From IMG/VR virus record IMGVR_UViG_3300045988_127881: 64,000 nucleotides of DNA; one strand, written 5' to 3'. How positions within the stretch are numbered: position 1 is the stretch's first letter; every line of letters starts with the position of its first letter. The translations under genes and the position numbers were made by a program. The notes beneath the pieces are model-generated. The model did not search any database. It was not told the origin of the DNA and was given only the letters and a program-made list of their open reading frames with translations. This document shows positions 46,049 to 54,764 of this stretch, one piece after another. This DNA comes from a virus.

Positions 46049-46284
46049 ACGAACGCGTGGAGTATGTTGTTAGGCTATTCTTCCTTGGGGTATTCGGAAT
46101 TTTCCTCATAGTCTATTTTCTTTTTACGTTCAAGGGGACTTCGATGCCTCCGAAATGCAAAGACAACCTCATTGATAAACCTCGGGATAGCGAAAAGGAA
46201 AGGCCCGCAGAGAAAAGCCACAAAGACACTATTTATATCATTGTGGTGAGTGAATACGCACAGAAAAGACACGTAAACAACTGA
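46045..46284 (+). CDS. possible small membrane protein (conflicts with antisense gene)
   Basis: ATGA-coupled to the upstream gene, with one hydrophobic helix. Overlaps 46075..46542(-) by 210 nt, so only one of the two is likely real over that stretch. Confidence 0.3.
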   Translation: MNERVEYVVRLFFLGVFGIFLIVYFLFTFKGTSMPPKCKDNLIDKPRDSEKERPAEKSHKDTIYIIVVSEYAQKRHVNN

Positions 46285-46542
46285 ATACATCTCGTATGAT
46301 TTGGCAGAAAAAACCTTGTTGCACATAAAATAGTCTGTAACAAACACCATCACAAGGTATGCTATCACAATAGATGATGACAGCATCAACGACAGCATGA
46401 TTTGCGTTGGGAATATGTACGAAGCAAATTTTTCAAAAGTGAAAAATAACGCGGTGTATGCTGGTATAACACCTATGGCAAATGCAAACAAAATCTTTTT
46501 CTGCATTCTCGTAGCTGAGTTTAATAACGTATTGAAATCCAT
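46075..46542 (-). CDS. antisense-oriented multi-pass membrane protein (moron candidate)
   Basis: 155 aa from the ATG at 46542 (MDFNTLLNSATRMQKK...) with about 4 hydrophobic helices. Has its own TATATTTG box 22 nt upstream. No plus-strand ORF covers 46285-46634. Confidence 0.5.
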   Translation of the reverse strand: MDFNTLLNSATRMQKKILFAFAIGVIPAYTALFFTFEKFASYIFPTQIMLSLMLSSSIVIAYLVMVFVTDYFMCNKVFSAKSYEMYSVVYVSFLCVFTHHNDINSVFVAFLCGPFLFAIPRFINEVVFAFRRHRSPLERKKKIDYEENSEYPKEE

Positions 46543-46563
46543 TTGAATTTTAGTTTGGCACTG

Positions 46564-46571
46564 CAAATATA
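46564..46571 (-). promoter_or_regulatory. candidate -7 box TATATTTG for the antisense membrane gene
   Basis: Reverse complement of CAAATATA. Flanked by direct repeats ATTTTAGTTTGGC at 46547-59 and 46607-19. Confidence 0.4.
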
Positions 46572-46664
46572 AAAACAAATAACAGCACCTCGCCCATTCC
46601 CATAAGATTTTAGTTTGGCGACAATTTCTTTCGGGTGGGGTGCTTTCTTAATAAACCTACAATT

Positions 46665-47060
46665 ATGAACCAATGCTTTTTTATCGGCAACCTCGTTGCC
46701 AACGCCGCGCAGAAGAATGCTAACGGCAACAACTTTATCACTTTCACCATTGCAGTGAACAGAAAGTACAAGGACAAGGAAACCGTACTGTTCGTGGAGT
46801 GCATTAAAAATGGTGATAATGCAAATCTCCTCCCATACTTGCAGAAGGGCAAAAAGGTGGCCGTCTGCGGCCGCGTGTCGTGCCATGCCTACACCGACAA
46901 CCAGGGCCAGTCGCGCGCATCTCTTGATTTGTCTGTTTTCGAGCTTGAACTTGTAAGCAGTTCAAACACAACGCAATCACCGCAGCAAACGGCAGTCCAT
47001 GCACAAACGCCAAGCAATCCGTTCCCTACGAGCCAGCAAAGTGACGGACTCCCATTCTGA
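46665..47060 (+). CDS. ssb: single-stranded DNA-binding protein
   Basis: OB-fold-like N-terminus (NQCFFIGNLVANA...VAVCGRV), a Gln/Pro-rich linker and a C-terminal tip DGLPF. Confidence 0.75.
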   Translation: MNQCFFIGNLVANAAQKNANGNNFITFTIAVNRKYKDKETVLFVECIKNGDNANLLPYLQKGKKVAVCGRVSCHAYTDNQGQSRASLDLSVFELELVSSSNTTQSPQQTAVHAQTPSNPFPTSQQSDGLPF

Positions 47061-47500
47061 TGAAGTACGATGTAAGCAACCCATTGCATAGGGAACAGGC
47101 GAGGGAGCGACTTGAAGCATTGCTCGGCAAGGAGCATGGCATCATAGAATTGTCGGAGGTCAAACCGCAGCGCAGCATCAAGCAAAACAAGTACCTGCAC
47201 TTGCTGTTGGGATTTTTCGCTTCCGAATATGGTGAAACAATAGACTACGTAAAAGAGCAATACTTCAAGCTCGCTGCCAACCGTTCAATATTCGTGAGAG
47301 AACGAGATGACAAGTTGGCTGGCCGTGTTTCCTACCTGCGCTCCACACGCGACCTTGACAAGGGGGAAATGCAGATAGCAATAGAACGTTTCCGTAATTG
47401 GTCAAGCATTAACGCAGGCATTTACCTCCCATCGGCAGACGAGCACCGACTGCTTGAACTTGCAGAAATAGAAATAAGCAGAAACAAGAATTTCCTATGA
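47060..47500 (+). CDS. NinB-like recombination protein
   Basis: KPQRSIKQNKYLHLLLGFF matches the RS..QN..L motif of lambda NinB. Confidence 0.55.
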   Translation: MKYDVSNPLHREQARERLEALLGKEHGIIELSEVKPQRSIKQNKYLHLLLGFFASEYGETIDYVKEQYFKLAANRSIFVRERDDKLAGRVSYLRSTRDLDKGEMQIAIERFRNWSSINAGIYLPSADEHRLLELAEIEISRNKNFL

Positions 47501-48327
47501 ACGAGATACAAATTTTCAACAGCCCACAATTTGGCGAGATACGCACCGCAACTGACGACAACAACGAGCCTTTATTCTGTGCAGCTGATGTGTGCAAGGC
47601 TCTCGGATATGCTAATCCACGGAAAGCGATAGCAGACCATTCAGAACAAGAGGACGTAACGAAACGTGACACCCCTACACAAGGCGGCATTCAGATGATG
47701 ACTTTCGTCAACGAGAGCGGACTTTATTCCCTCATCTTCGGCAGTAAGTTGGAGAGCGCAAAACAGTTCAAACGCTGGGTTACAAGCGAAGTCCTTCCCG
47801 AAATCCGCAAAAACGGAGGATATATCAGAGGTAATGTGGACGAGACACCAGAAGAACTTATGGCACGAGCCTTGGCTGTTGCGAAGCAAACACTTGAAAG
47901 AGTGGAGCGCGAACGTCAACAACTCGCCAACACCAACGAAACCCAACGCATACAATTAGGCATTCAGGACGCAGAGATTAGAAAAGCTGCTCCAAAGGTG
48001 GAGTATTACGACAAGGTGATGCAGTCCAACTGCACCATGACAACCACTCAAATTGCTAACGGACTCGGAATGCCATGCCACAGACTGAACAAGCTGCTGC
48101 GAGATGCTGGCATTCAGTACAAGCAAAGCGGACAATGGTTGTTGCGCTCGCCATACACCGACTTCGGACTGCACGCAGTACGCACACAAACGTACACCCA
48201 TGCAGACGGCTCAATAGGCACAAGCCAGTACACCGTATGGAACGAACGAGGCAAACGCTTCATTTCGGCACTTGTTGACAACAACTGGAACGTAAAACAA
48301 GCAATCAAAGTATTAAGCGATTTTTAG
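47497..48327 (+). CDS. Bro-N / KilAC antirepressor-like protein
   Basis: IQIFNSPQFGEIRTA...PLFCAADVCKALGY...FVNESGLYSLIFGSKLESAKQFKRWVTSEVLPEIRKNG is a Bro-N domain. Confidence 0.75.
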   Translation: MNEIQIFNSPQFGEIRTATDDNNEPLFCAADVCKALGYANPRKAIADHSEQEDVTKRDTPTQGGIQMMTFVNESGLYSLIFGSKLESAKQFKRWVTSEVLPEIRKNGGYIRGNVDETPEELMARALAVAKQTLERVERERQQLANTNETQRIQLGIQDAEIRKAAPKVEYYDKVMQSNCTMTTTQIANGLGMPCHRLNKLLRDAGIQYKQSGQWLLRSPYTDFGLHAVRTQTYTHADGSIGTSQYTVWNERGKRFISALVDNNWNVKQAIKVLSDF

Positions 48328-48328
48328 T

Positions 48329-48568
48329 ATGAATTTTATTGACAAAATATTTATTCTGTTCCGAGAGCGGAGAGCGCAAAGCAAGGCCAAGCAGTCCGAA
48401 ATGCTGTGCGGCCAACTGTCAGAGCGCATTCAGGTAAAGGAGTTCCAAGGCCGTATGTACATAGCGGTCGATGGAGTGCCAATGATAGACACGGAGGACC
48501 TGCGGACTGGAGTTGTAGACGAACTTTCCGAAATACGCAACACCATCATAAAATACAAAATGCGTTGA
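48329..48568 (+). CDS. hypothetical protein
   Basis: 79-aa ORF. Confidence 0.55.
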   Translation: MNFIDKIFILFRERRAQSKAKQSEMLCGQLSERIQVKEFQGRMYIAVDGVPMIDTEDLRTGVVDELSEIRNTIIKYKMR

Positions 48569-48569
48569 T

Positions 48570-49016
48570 ATGCCATACTACATCAAGAAAGAAAGTGCGA
48601 AAAAGAAACCACGCAAGAGCGGAACACGCACACTCATCAACAAACTTGACAAGATTTTCAGCCTCTACATAAGGTTGAGGGATAGCAAGCCATTTGGCTA
48701 CAAGGCTTTCAAGTGCATATCATGCGGACAGATAAAGCCTTTCGCCAAGGCAGACTGCGGACACTACTACTCACGCTCCAAAATGTCCACGAGGTACGAC
48801 GAGGATAATTGTAATAGCGAATGCAATTTTTGCAACAGATTCAAATCAGACCATCTGGACGGTTACAGAGAGAACTTGATACGCAAGATAGGCCAAAGCA
48901 GATTCGACTTGTTGCGGTCACACTCCAACCAAGTTAAGAAGTGGTCAGAGTTCGAGTTGCAGCAACTAATCAAGTACTACTCGGCACTTGTTGACAAAAT
49001 GTTAGAAGAAAAATGA
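48570..49016 (+). CDS. NinG-like protein
   Basis: CISCGQ...DCGHYYSRS...NCNSECNFCNRFKSDHLDGYRENL pattern as in lambda NinG. Confidence 0.55.
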   Translation: MPYYIKKESAKKKPRKSGTRTLINKLDKIFSLYIRLRDSKPFGYKAFKCISCGQIKPFAKADCGHYYSRSKMSTRYDEDNCNSECNFCNRFKSDHLDGYRENLIRKIGQSRFDLLRSHSNQVKKWSEFELQQLIKYYSALVDKMLEEK

Positions 49017-49222
49017 AACTATACCAGACACCGACAGAAAAGAAACGACAAAGGGAACATTCCAAAATATTCAGATTGTACTGCAAGCTGCAAGACAGCA
49101 CAGATTTGTCGAACAATCAGATATACAGCCACATTGCGTTTAAGCTTGGCTATTCGGTCAGCGGTGTGCGCAAAGTGGTCACACGCATCAAAACCGAAAG
49201 ACAATGTGCAATGGATGGATAA
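49013..49222 (+). CDS. hypothetical protein
   Basis: 69-aa ORF, coupled to its neighbours. Confidence 0.5.
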   Translation: MKLYQTPTEKKRQREHSKIFRLYCKLQDSTDLSNNQIYSHIAFKLGYSVSGVRKVVTRIKTERQCAMDG

Positions 49223-50046
49223 AGCTACACCGCAAAATTCTTGATTGGGAATGGTTCACTTCACCAAGCACCCTGCAACTGTTCATTTACTTGTTGTTAA
49301 GGGCAAACAAGGAGGATAAAAAATGGCGAGGCATACTAATAAAAAGGGGGCAGCTCGTCACCTCGGTAGCCACCATTAGCGAAGAAACCAAATTAAGCAC
49401 GCAACAAGTGCGCACTTCGCTCAATCGCCTAAAATCAACAAACGAAATAACAAGCAAAACAACAAACAGATTTACGCTCGTAACTGTCTGTAAATACGAG
49501 AGTTACCAACTTTACGAGGAGGTAGAGCAACAAACAAAACAACAAGCACTTCAACAAACAAATAACAAACAGATAACAAACAAACAACAACAACTAAAGA
49601 ATAATAAGAATATAAGAAATAATAAGAAAGAATCTATACTCACTAACGTTCGTATAGATGAGAAAGCTACGGACGCTCCTGTCGTCGCTACAACCACAAC
49701 AGACGATATGGAACTTCGGAAAGAAAAATTTTATCAGTCTTTAGTGCCTTACGTCGCAAAGTATGGCAAGGACATGGTTCGGGCTTTCTACGACTATTGG
49801 ACGGAAAAAACGTATGGAGGACGAAAAATGCGGTTCGAGAAGCAACAAGCATTTGAAATCTCAAAACGTCTTGCCACATGGCAGAAACATGATTTAAGCT
49901 ATGCAAACAGAGATAACACAAGAATTGGTCAGTCGGGCAGCACTCGCGCAGAGCGAGATGCAGAGTTCCTTGCCCATGTCAGAGAAAAAATGTCGCGCAC
50001 TGACGAAGACGCAAGCGACATACCTTTTGCGCTACGCGACTGCTGA
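49204..50046 (+). CDS. replication organiser (winged-helix N-terminal domain)
   Basis: WIKLHRKILDWEWF...FIYLLLRAN...RGQLVTSVATISEETKLSTQQVRTSLNRLK. Gln/Asn/Lys low-complexity linker. Confidence 0.55.
   Translation: MCNGWIKLHRKILDWEWFTSPSTLQLFIYLLLRANKEDKKWRGILIKRGQLVTSVATISEETKLSTQQVRTSLNRLKSTNEITSKTTNRFTLVTVCKYESYQLYEEVEQQTKQQALQQTNNKQITNKQQQLKNNKNIRNNKKESILTNVRIDEKATDAPVVATTTTDDMELRKEKFYQSLVPYVAKYGKDMVRAFYDYWTEKTYGGRKMRFEKQQAFEISKRLATWQKHDLSYANRDNTRIGQSGSTRAERDAEFLAHVREKMSRTDEDASDIPFALRDC
49528..49630. repeat. A/C-rich degenerate repeats inside the replication gene (ori candidate)
   Basis: aacaaac and aataagaa units reiterated. The region codes for the linker of the organiser protein. Confidence 0.3.
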
Positions 50047-50569
50047 AAACGTGATAGCATCATTTTCGCCAGACAAGCAAGTGAATTTTGCACGCTATCC
50101 GCAGAAATGCCTCGTCGGGAACTGCCCCACACTGGTTGATGTCCGCTGCATCTGGGGTGGACGGTTCGCAGAGTTGTGGCTGGAGTGCCAGCTGAAAGAC
50201 CTCTCAGAGTATGCAGGGGCAAAAGAGAAACCCGACACGCTGCAAATCGAGGAAACCGCAAGGGTCATAGCAGGCGAGTTCTACTACCTCAAACTTTCAG
50301 AGTTCATGTTGTTCTTCGCCCACTTCAAGGCTGGGCGGTATGGCAAGTTCTACGGCAGCGTCGACCCCCTCGTGATAACAGAAGCCTTGCAAAAGTTCAA
50401 ACTATGGCGGTTCGATGCCCTGAACAGAGTGCATGAGGCGGCAGAACGGGAAAAGCGGAACGCGAAACCAGCAAACGACCCAGATTGCTGCACATGGGCA
50501 GAATGGCAAGAACTGCGGTGGTTGTTCAACATGGGCTACGAACGCGGAAAGGACGGGAAAATAAAATGA
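49976..50569 (+). CDS. hypothetical protein
   Basis: Track ORF 49901..50569. The start is ambiguous (ATG at 49901 or 49976); both overlap the upstream gene. Confidence 0.55.
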   Translation: MSEKKCRALTKTQATYLLRYATAENVIASFSPDKQVNFARYPQKCLVGNCPTLVDVRCIWGGRFAELWLECQLKDLSEYAGAKEKPDTLQIEETARVIAGEFYYLKLSEFMLFFAHFKAGRYGKFYGSVDPLVITEALQKFKLWRFDALNRVHEAAEREKRNAKPANDPDCCTWAEWQELRWLFNMGYERGKDGKIK

Positions 50570-50751
50570 GGAAAGTCTTGGTCTATTGGACTTGCAACCG
50601 CATTGCAAAACGCAAAATCCAAAAACGTTTCAATCTCATTGAGCACACTTCTGTCAACGGAGAAACAGAATGCACGGTGCATGACGCAGATTGGGAGCTA
50701 TTCAAGGAGACATCAAAACGCGGATTTTTCAAAATTCGACACAAAACATAG
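50566..50751 (+). CDS. hypothetical small protein
   Basis: ATGA overlap with the upstream stop (MRKVLVYWTCNRIAKRK...). Confidence 0.5.
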   Translation: MRKVLVYWTCNRIAKRKIQKRFNLIEHTSVNGETECTVHDADWELFKETSKRGFFKIRHKT

Positions 50752-50884
50752 AAGATGACATCGTTTCGTACGTCAAAACAACCTTGGAATGGTTATTTAT
50801 CTTCGTTCTGACGGCATTTCATACGTAAATCGTATAAGTTATCACACAAAGACAAAATAAAGCATTAAACGCAAAATTTAGAAG

Positions 50885-51688
50885 ATGACAAAACAACCGA
50901 TAAACCCCATCACATCACAATTCTCTAATCCCTTTTTCGGCAAAAGTCTGAAAAGACGCATTGGCTCGCCTCTCTACACAACCTACAAGAATGGCATTAA
51001 CGAGCTGGAGGAGCGCGACAGGCGATGCAGAGAAGAACCGACAAGCAAGGAGAGCCGCATATTTGGCGATGTGTTCTACTTGAACATGATGCGCAAAGAA
51101 CTTGCTAACGAGAAGCTGCGCAGTGCGCTGTGTACTATCAGCCAGAGCAAGTACTACCGACACGACATTAAGAAGGGCGTGAAAGAACTTCAGATTAAGA
51201 TAGCAAGGTGGGACAGTGATATAGCTCGCTGCATAGCTACCGACAGCTTGATTGACATGTATGACGGTCTCGCAGAATGGACGAGCGAACACTTTGAACA
51301 TCTGTGGCAACCGTTTTACTACTCGGTGATGCAGGTGCTTACACGGAATGGCGTTAAGGACGCTCCCGTGATGGCGGCTCTTGAATGTGCGCTGCCGCTG
51401 TATGAGTATGCCAACGGCCGCTTGCTGATGGACATTGCACAGACAGCAATGGACTGCCCTGCCACAAAGCTGCTTGGCGTGATGGTGGAGGAGGATATTT
51501 ACCGCATGGCCGACAGACTACGCACAAGACTGGCTGGCATTGTGACTGGCAAGGACGAGGAGATTGACCTTAATGCCGACACAAACGTCAACACAGCTGG
51601 CGTCAATCTGCTTAACGCATTGAGCAACACGGAGCAGATGAAGGGCTGGCTACAAGATTATTTTGAATATCGCGATAGTGCGAAATAA
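50885..51688 (+). CDS. hypothetical protein
   Basis: 267-aa ORF. The 12-nt TAGAAGATGACA at its start is duplicated at 50749-50760. Confidence 0.65.
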   Translation: MTKQPINPITSQFSNPFFGKSLKRRIGSPLYTTYKNGINELEERDRRCREEPTSKESRIFGDVFYLNMMRKELANEKLRSALCTISQSKYYRHDIKKGVKELQIKIARWDSDIARCIATDSLIDMYDGLAEWTSEHFEHLWQPFYYSVMQVLTRNGVKDAPVMAALECALPLYEYANGRLLMDIAQTAMDCPATKLLGVMVEEDIYRMADRLRTRLAGIVTGKDEEIDLNADTNVNTAGVNLLNALSNTEQMKGWLQDYFEYRDSAK

Positions 51689-51700
51689 ATTGACAAACAA

Positions 51701-51865
51701 ATGACGATAGAAGAAAGAGTACTGCACTACACAAGACGTAATTCCTACGGGAGATTGATATTCCCTCATTGCGTGAGAGCGCACATTGACGAGATAATGC
51801 TTTATGCGCCTTGGGCGTTGAGTGCAACAGAATTGAATAACATTAAGAGAGGTATTATGCGATGA
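51701..51865 (+). CDS. hypothetical small protein (54 aa)
   Basis: Below the track cutoff. ATG 51701 to TGA 51863-65, with an ATGA overlap to the next ORF. Confidence 0.4.
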   Translation: MTIEERVLHYTRRNSYGRLIFPHCVRAHIDEIMLYAPWALSATELNNIKRGIMR

Positions 51866-52038
51866 ATGAGCCAGTGTGTAAAAACTGCAAGTACTATGTG
51901 GGGAAGACGAACTATCTTCCAGACGGATATTATTGCAAGTATGCCTTCAAACCTTATGCTAACAAGTGGTGCAACTGCATTGATGATTGCGAATACAACG
52001 ACAGGGTAGCACGTGAATGCAATAGCACAAATACCTGA
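51862..52038 (+). CDS. small Cys-rich protein (58 aa)
   Basis: MNEPVCKNCKYY...CKY...WCNCIDDC...EC. Below the track cutoff. Confidence 0.4.
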   Translation: MNEPVCKNCKYYVGKTNYLPDGYYCKYAFKPYANKWCNCIDDCEYNDRVARECNSTNT

Positions 52039-52203
52039 CCGTTGCAAAAAATGCAATAGTCGAGGTCATAACACAATGTACGAAGCAAGAAGTATGCATT
52101 AGTTGCAATGCAACACACTGATGCACTTTTCTGAGAATTGATAAACAAACAACAATCACAGTTGCCAGAAAAAGTGGTAACAACAAAAAAAACAAATAAA
52201 GAA

Positions 52204-52500
52204 ATGGAAACAAACATTGGAAAGAAAGTCATTATCCGCGGCGACCGCAGCGGAGTAGAGTTTGGAACATTGATAGCGCAAAACGGTCAAGAGGTTACGC
52301 TTCACAACGCTCGTAGAATATGGTACTGGGACGGAGCAGCATCTATTTCACAGCTCGCCGTAGATGGCACGTCTAACCCAAGAGAATGCAAGTTTACTGT
52401 CGCGGTAGAGAGTATTACCATTCTTGACGCAATAGAGATAATTTCTTGCACTGACAAAGCGATAAAACCAATAGAAGGTGTACCAACATGGAAACGTTAG
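52204..52500 (+). CDS. hypothetical protein
   Basis: ATG at 52204 (METNIGKKVIIRGDRSG...). The track start at 52138 is a TTG. Confidence 0.6.
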   Translation: METNIGKKVIIRGDRSGVEFGTLIAQNGQEVTLHNARRIWYWDGAASISQLAVDGTSNPRECKFTVAVESITILDAIEIISCTDKAIKPIEGVPTWKR

Positions 52501-53252
52501 AAACGCGCATAAAAGAATTTTTGAGCACAACCTGTGGCGATGGTTCTGGCCTTGGCTCTGGCTGTGGCTTTTTCGATAGCAGTGGCTGTGGTTATGGCGA
52601 TGGCTCTGGTTATGGCTCTGGTTAGGGCTATGGCTCTGGCCGTGGCTTTGGCGATGGCTCTGGCTATATCTGTGGCGATGGCGATGGCTCTGGCAACGGC
52701 AAGGGCTTTGGTTCTGATGATGGCTGTGGCTATGGCTCTGGCAATGGCTTTGAGTCTCGCAGAGGCGTAAAGGAACTGAATGGAGAAAATGTCCATCTCG
52801 TAGATGGTATTCAAGCCATTATAAAATCAGTTCACGGCAACATTGCACAAGTTTTTATCCTAAACAGCGACCTTACTTTGCATCCTTGCTACATTGTCAA
52901 AGAACAAAATAAATTCGCTCATGGCGACACCTTGCACGATGCTTTCACATCTCTGCAAGAGAAACTCGAGAGAATCTATGACGAGAGCACCGAAGAGGAG
53001 CGAATAGAGGCGTTTGTTAAAAAATTTCCAAACTACGACACGCCTTATTCCAACCGCGACCTTTTCGATTATCACCACGTCCTCACTGGCTCATGTCGCA
53101 TGGGTAGAGAGAGCTTTTGCAAGGATAAGGGCATAAACCTTGATGACAGCACCACAGTCCGCGAGTTCGTATCTCTGACAAAGGATAGCTATGGCTCAGG
53201 AACTATTCGTAGGCTACCGCAGGCTTATGGAGTAAACTGGCAAAAAGAATGA
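52488..53252 (+). CDS. Gly-repeat protein interrupted by in-frame TAG (52623-52625)
   Basis: ATG at 52488, overlapping the upstream stop. The G-x-G-x repeat continues in the same frame across the TAG, and the frame stays open to 53252. The downstream part has no ATG (the track used TTG at 52878). Confidence 0.5.
52530..52760 (+). repeat. GGC-NNN coding repeat (Gly-x)n
   Basis: tggctctgg / tggctgtgg units. It generates spurious ORFs in two other frames and strands. Confidence 0.85.
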
Positions 53253-53258
53253 CAGAAT

Positions 53259-53450
53259 ATGACGGAAAAAGAAAAGATTAAAATGCTGCTTAAGATGCGC
53301 AACAAGATTGCGAGCCTTGGCATGGACTACAAGTGCAGCTGCACGTTCGTTGAGAACAGACTGACAGACCCGAATGTCGCAAAGACGTTTGATGCGCTGA
53401 GAGAGGCACTGGAGAACCAGTTACGTAAACAATTCAAATTTAATATATAG
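53259..53450 (+). CDS. hypothetical small protein
   Basis: 63-aa ORF. Confidence 0.55.
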   Translation: MTEKEKIKMLLKMRNKIASLGMDYKCSCTFVENRLTDPNVAKTFDALREALENQLRKQFKFNI

Positions 53451-53454
53451 CTAT

Positions 53455-54198
53455 ATGGAGAAATACAGATTAACTGATGAGACCATAGACTTTTGCGATG
53501 CAACGTTATATAGAATCGAAGCTCTTAGGAACTTTGGTTCAATAAAAGCTGGTGACAAAGGTGGATTTGTGCAATCATATCATAATCTATCACAAGAAGG
53601 AGATTGCTGGATCCATGGCGAAGCTAAGGTCTTTGGTAACGCTAAAGTCTATGAGAATGCACAAGTATTTGGCAGAGCAGAAGTCTGTGGCTACGCTTCT
53701 GTCAAAGGCGACGCTTTTGTCTTTGGCATAGCAAAAGTTTATGGTAGCGCTTTTGTCAAAGGCAACGCTTTTGTCTTTGGCAGAGTAGAAGTTTATGACT
53801 GGGCTAAAGTCTATGGGAAAGCACAAGTATTTGGCGATGCTAAAGTCTATGGGAAAGCACAAGTATTTGGCGATGCTAAAGTCTATGGTAACGCTTTTGT
53901 ACATGGTGACGCAGAAGTCTATGATAAAGCAGAAGTCTTTGGCGTGGCATCAGTCTATGGTAACGCTTTTGTTAAAGGCGACGCTATAATTAAAACAGGC
54001 CGAGATTATATAGTTTTCAAAAATTGGTGGAGCAGTGACCGCTATTTTACATGGACACGAAGCAACAATATGTGGAACGTTGGTTGTTTCTATGGCACTG
54101 GTAAAGAACTCATCAAGAAAGCCTATGCGGATAGTGAAGATAGCGGAAAAGAATATGAACGAGTAGTGAGATATGTGGAGAGCATTCTTGCAGACTAA
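53455..54198 (+). CDS. hexapeptide-repeat (beta-helix) protein, paralog of 14451..15245
   Basis: Same N-terminal (YRLTDET...KGDKGGFV) and C-terminal (DYIVFKNWWSSDRYFTWTRSNNMW) domains as the 14451 gene, with xAxVxG repeats. Confidence 0.75.
   Translation: MEKYRLTDETIDFCDATLYRIEALRNFGSIKAGDKGGFVQSYHNLSQEGDCWIHGEAKVFGNAKVYENAQVFGRAEVCGYASVKGDAFVFGIAKVYGSAFVKGNAFVFGRVEVYDWAKVYGKAQVFGDAKVYGKAQVFGDAKVYGNAFVHGDAEVYDKAEVFGVASVYGNAFVKGDAIIKTGRDYIVFKNWWSSDRYFTWTRSNNMWNVGCFYGTGKELIKKAYADSEDSGKEYERVVRYVESILAD
53803..53888 (+). repeat. perfect 36-bp tandem duplication (2.4 copies) within beta-helix gene
   Basis: gctaaagtctatgggaaagcacaagtatttggcgat at 53803-38 and 53839-74, then a partial third copy. 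Confidence 0.9.
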
Positions 54199-54217
54199 CG
54201 AAAATTTATAAAAAACT

Positions 54218-54532
54218 ATGACTACAACATTCTACAATTACACACCCCACTCGATAACGCTTAACAGCGGAGAGAAGTATGACAGTGTCGGAGTGGCACG
54301 AGTTCAGAACACTTTCAGCGAGGTTGATGATAACGGCATTTGCTCGGTAAGCTATGGCGACATAACTGGGCTTCCAGAGCCTAAAGACGGCTGCATATAC
54401 ATCGTGAGTGCTTTGGTGCTTGCGGCAGCTAAAGCGGCTGGTCGAACGGATTGTGTTGCGCCTGCAACGGGCCACCCTGATTGTCTGCGCAAGGACGGGT
54501 TTATAGTTTCTGTCCCGTGTTTTATCAGATAA
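54218..54532 (+). CDS. hypothetical protein
   Basis: 104-aa ORF. Confidence 0.6.
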   Translation: MTTTFYNYTPHSITLNSGEKYDSVGVARVQNTFSEVDDNGICSVSYGDITGLPEPKDGCIYIVSALVLAAAKAAGRTDCVAPATGHPDCLRKDGFIVSVPCFIR

Positions 54533-54559
54533 CATTATTAACACCAAAAACCAAACAAT

Positions 54560-54760
54560 ATGCAGGTAGAAATAAGCGCAATGATTGAGGATTACGATAT
54601 TCTCGCTTACGTATCAGAGAAAAAACAGGCTAAAGTAATTGACAACATCTTCTGTGAGTGTTCCGAAGAGAGTAGAATAGAATTTCTTCACGGTCTTGAA
54701 GATTATTATTTTGTCGATGAACTGGAAGCACGTGGATATACGATAACTAAAAACGAATAA
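54560..54760 (+). CDS. hypothetical acidic protein
   Basis: 66-aa ORF. Confidence 0.55.
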   Translation: MQVEISAMIEDYDILAYVSEKKQAKVIDNIFCECSEESRIEFLHGLEDYYFVDELEARGYTITKNE

Positions 54761-54764
54761 AACA

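Noticed and set aside
52623-52625. Genome-wide TAG reassignment (as in some recoded Bacteroidales phages)
   Set aside because: TAG is used as an ordinary terminator by several well-supported genes here (portal at 38780, 39567..40070, chaperone at 30409, 52204..52500). No other gene in the window is broken by an in-frame TAG.
52497-52814. 105-aa minus-strand ORF (ARAIA repeats) and 78-aa plus-strand ORF 52534..52770 (MAMVLALALA...)
   Set aside because: Both are frame or strand shadows of the GGC-NNN Gly-repeat. The coherent reading is the third frame (52488..53252), which links to a non-repetitive C-terminal domain.
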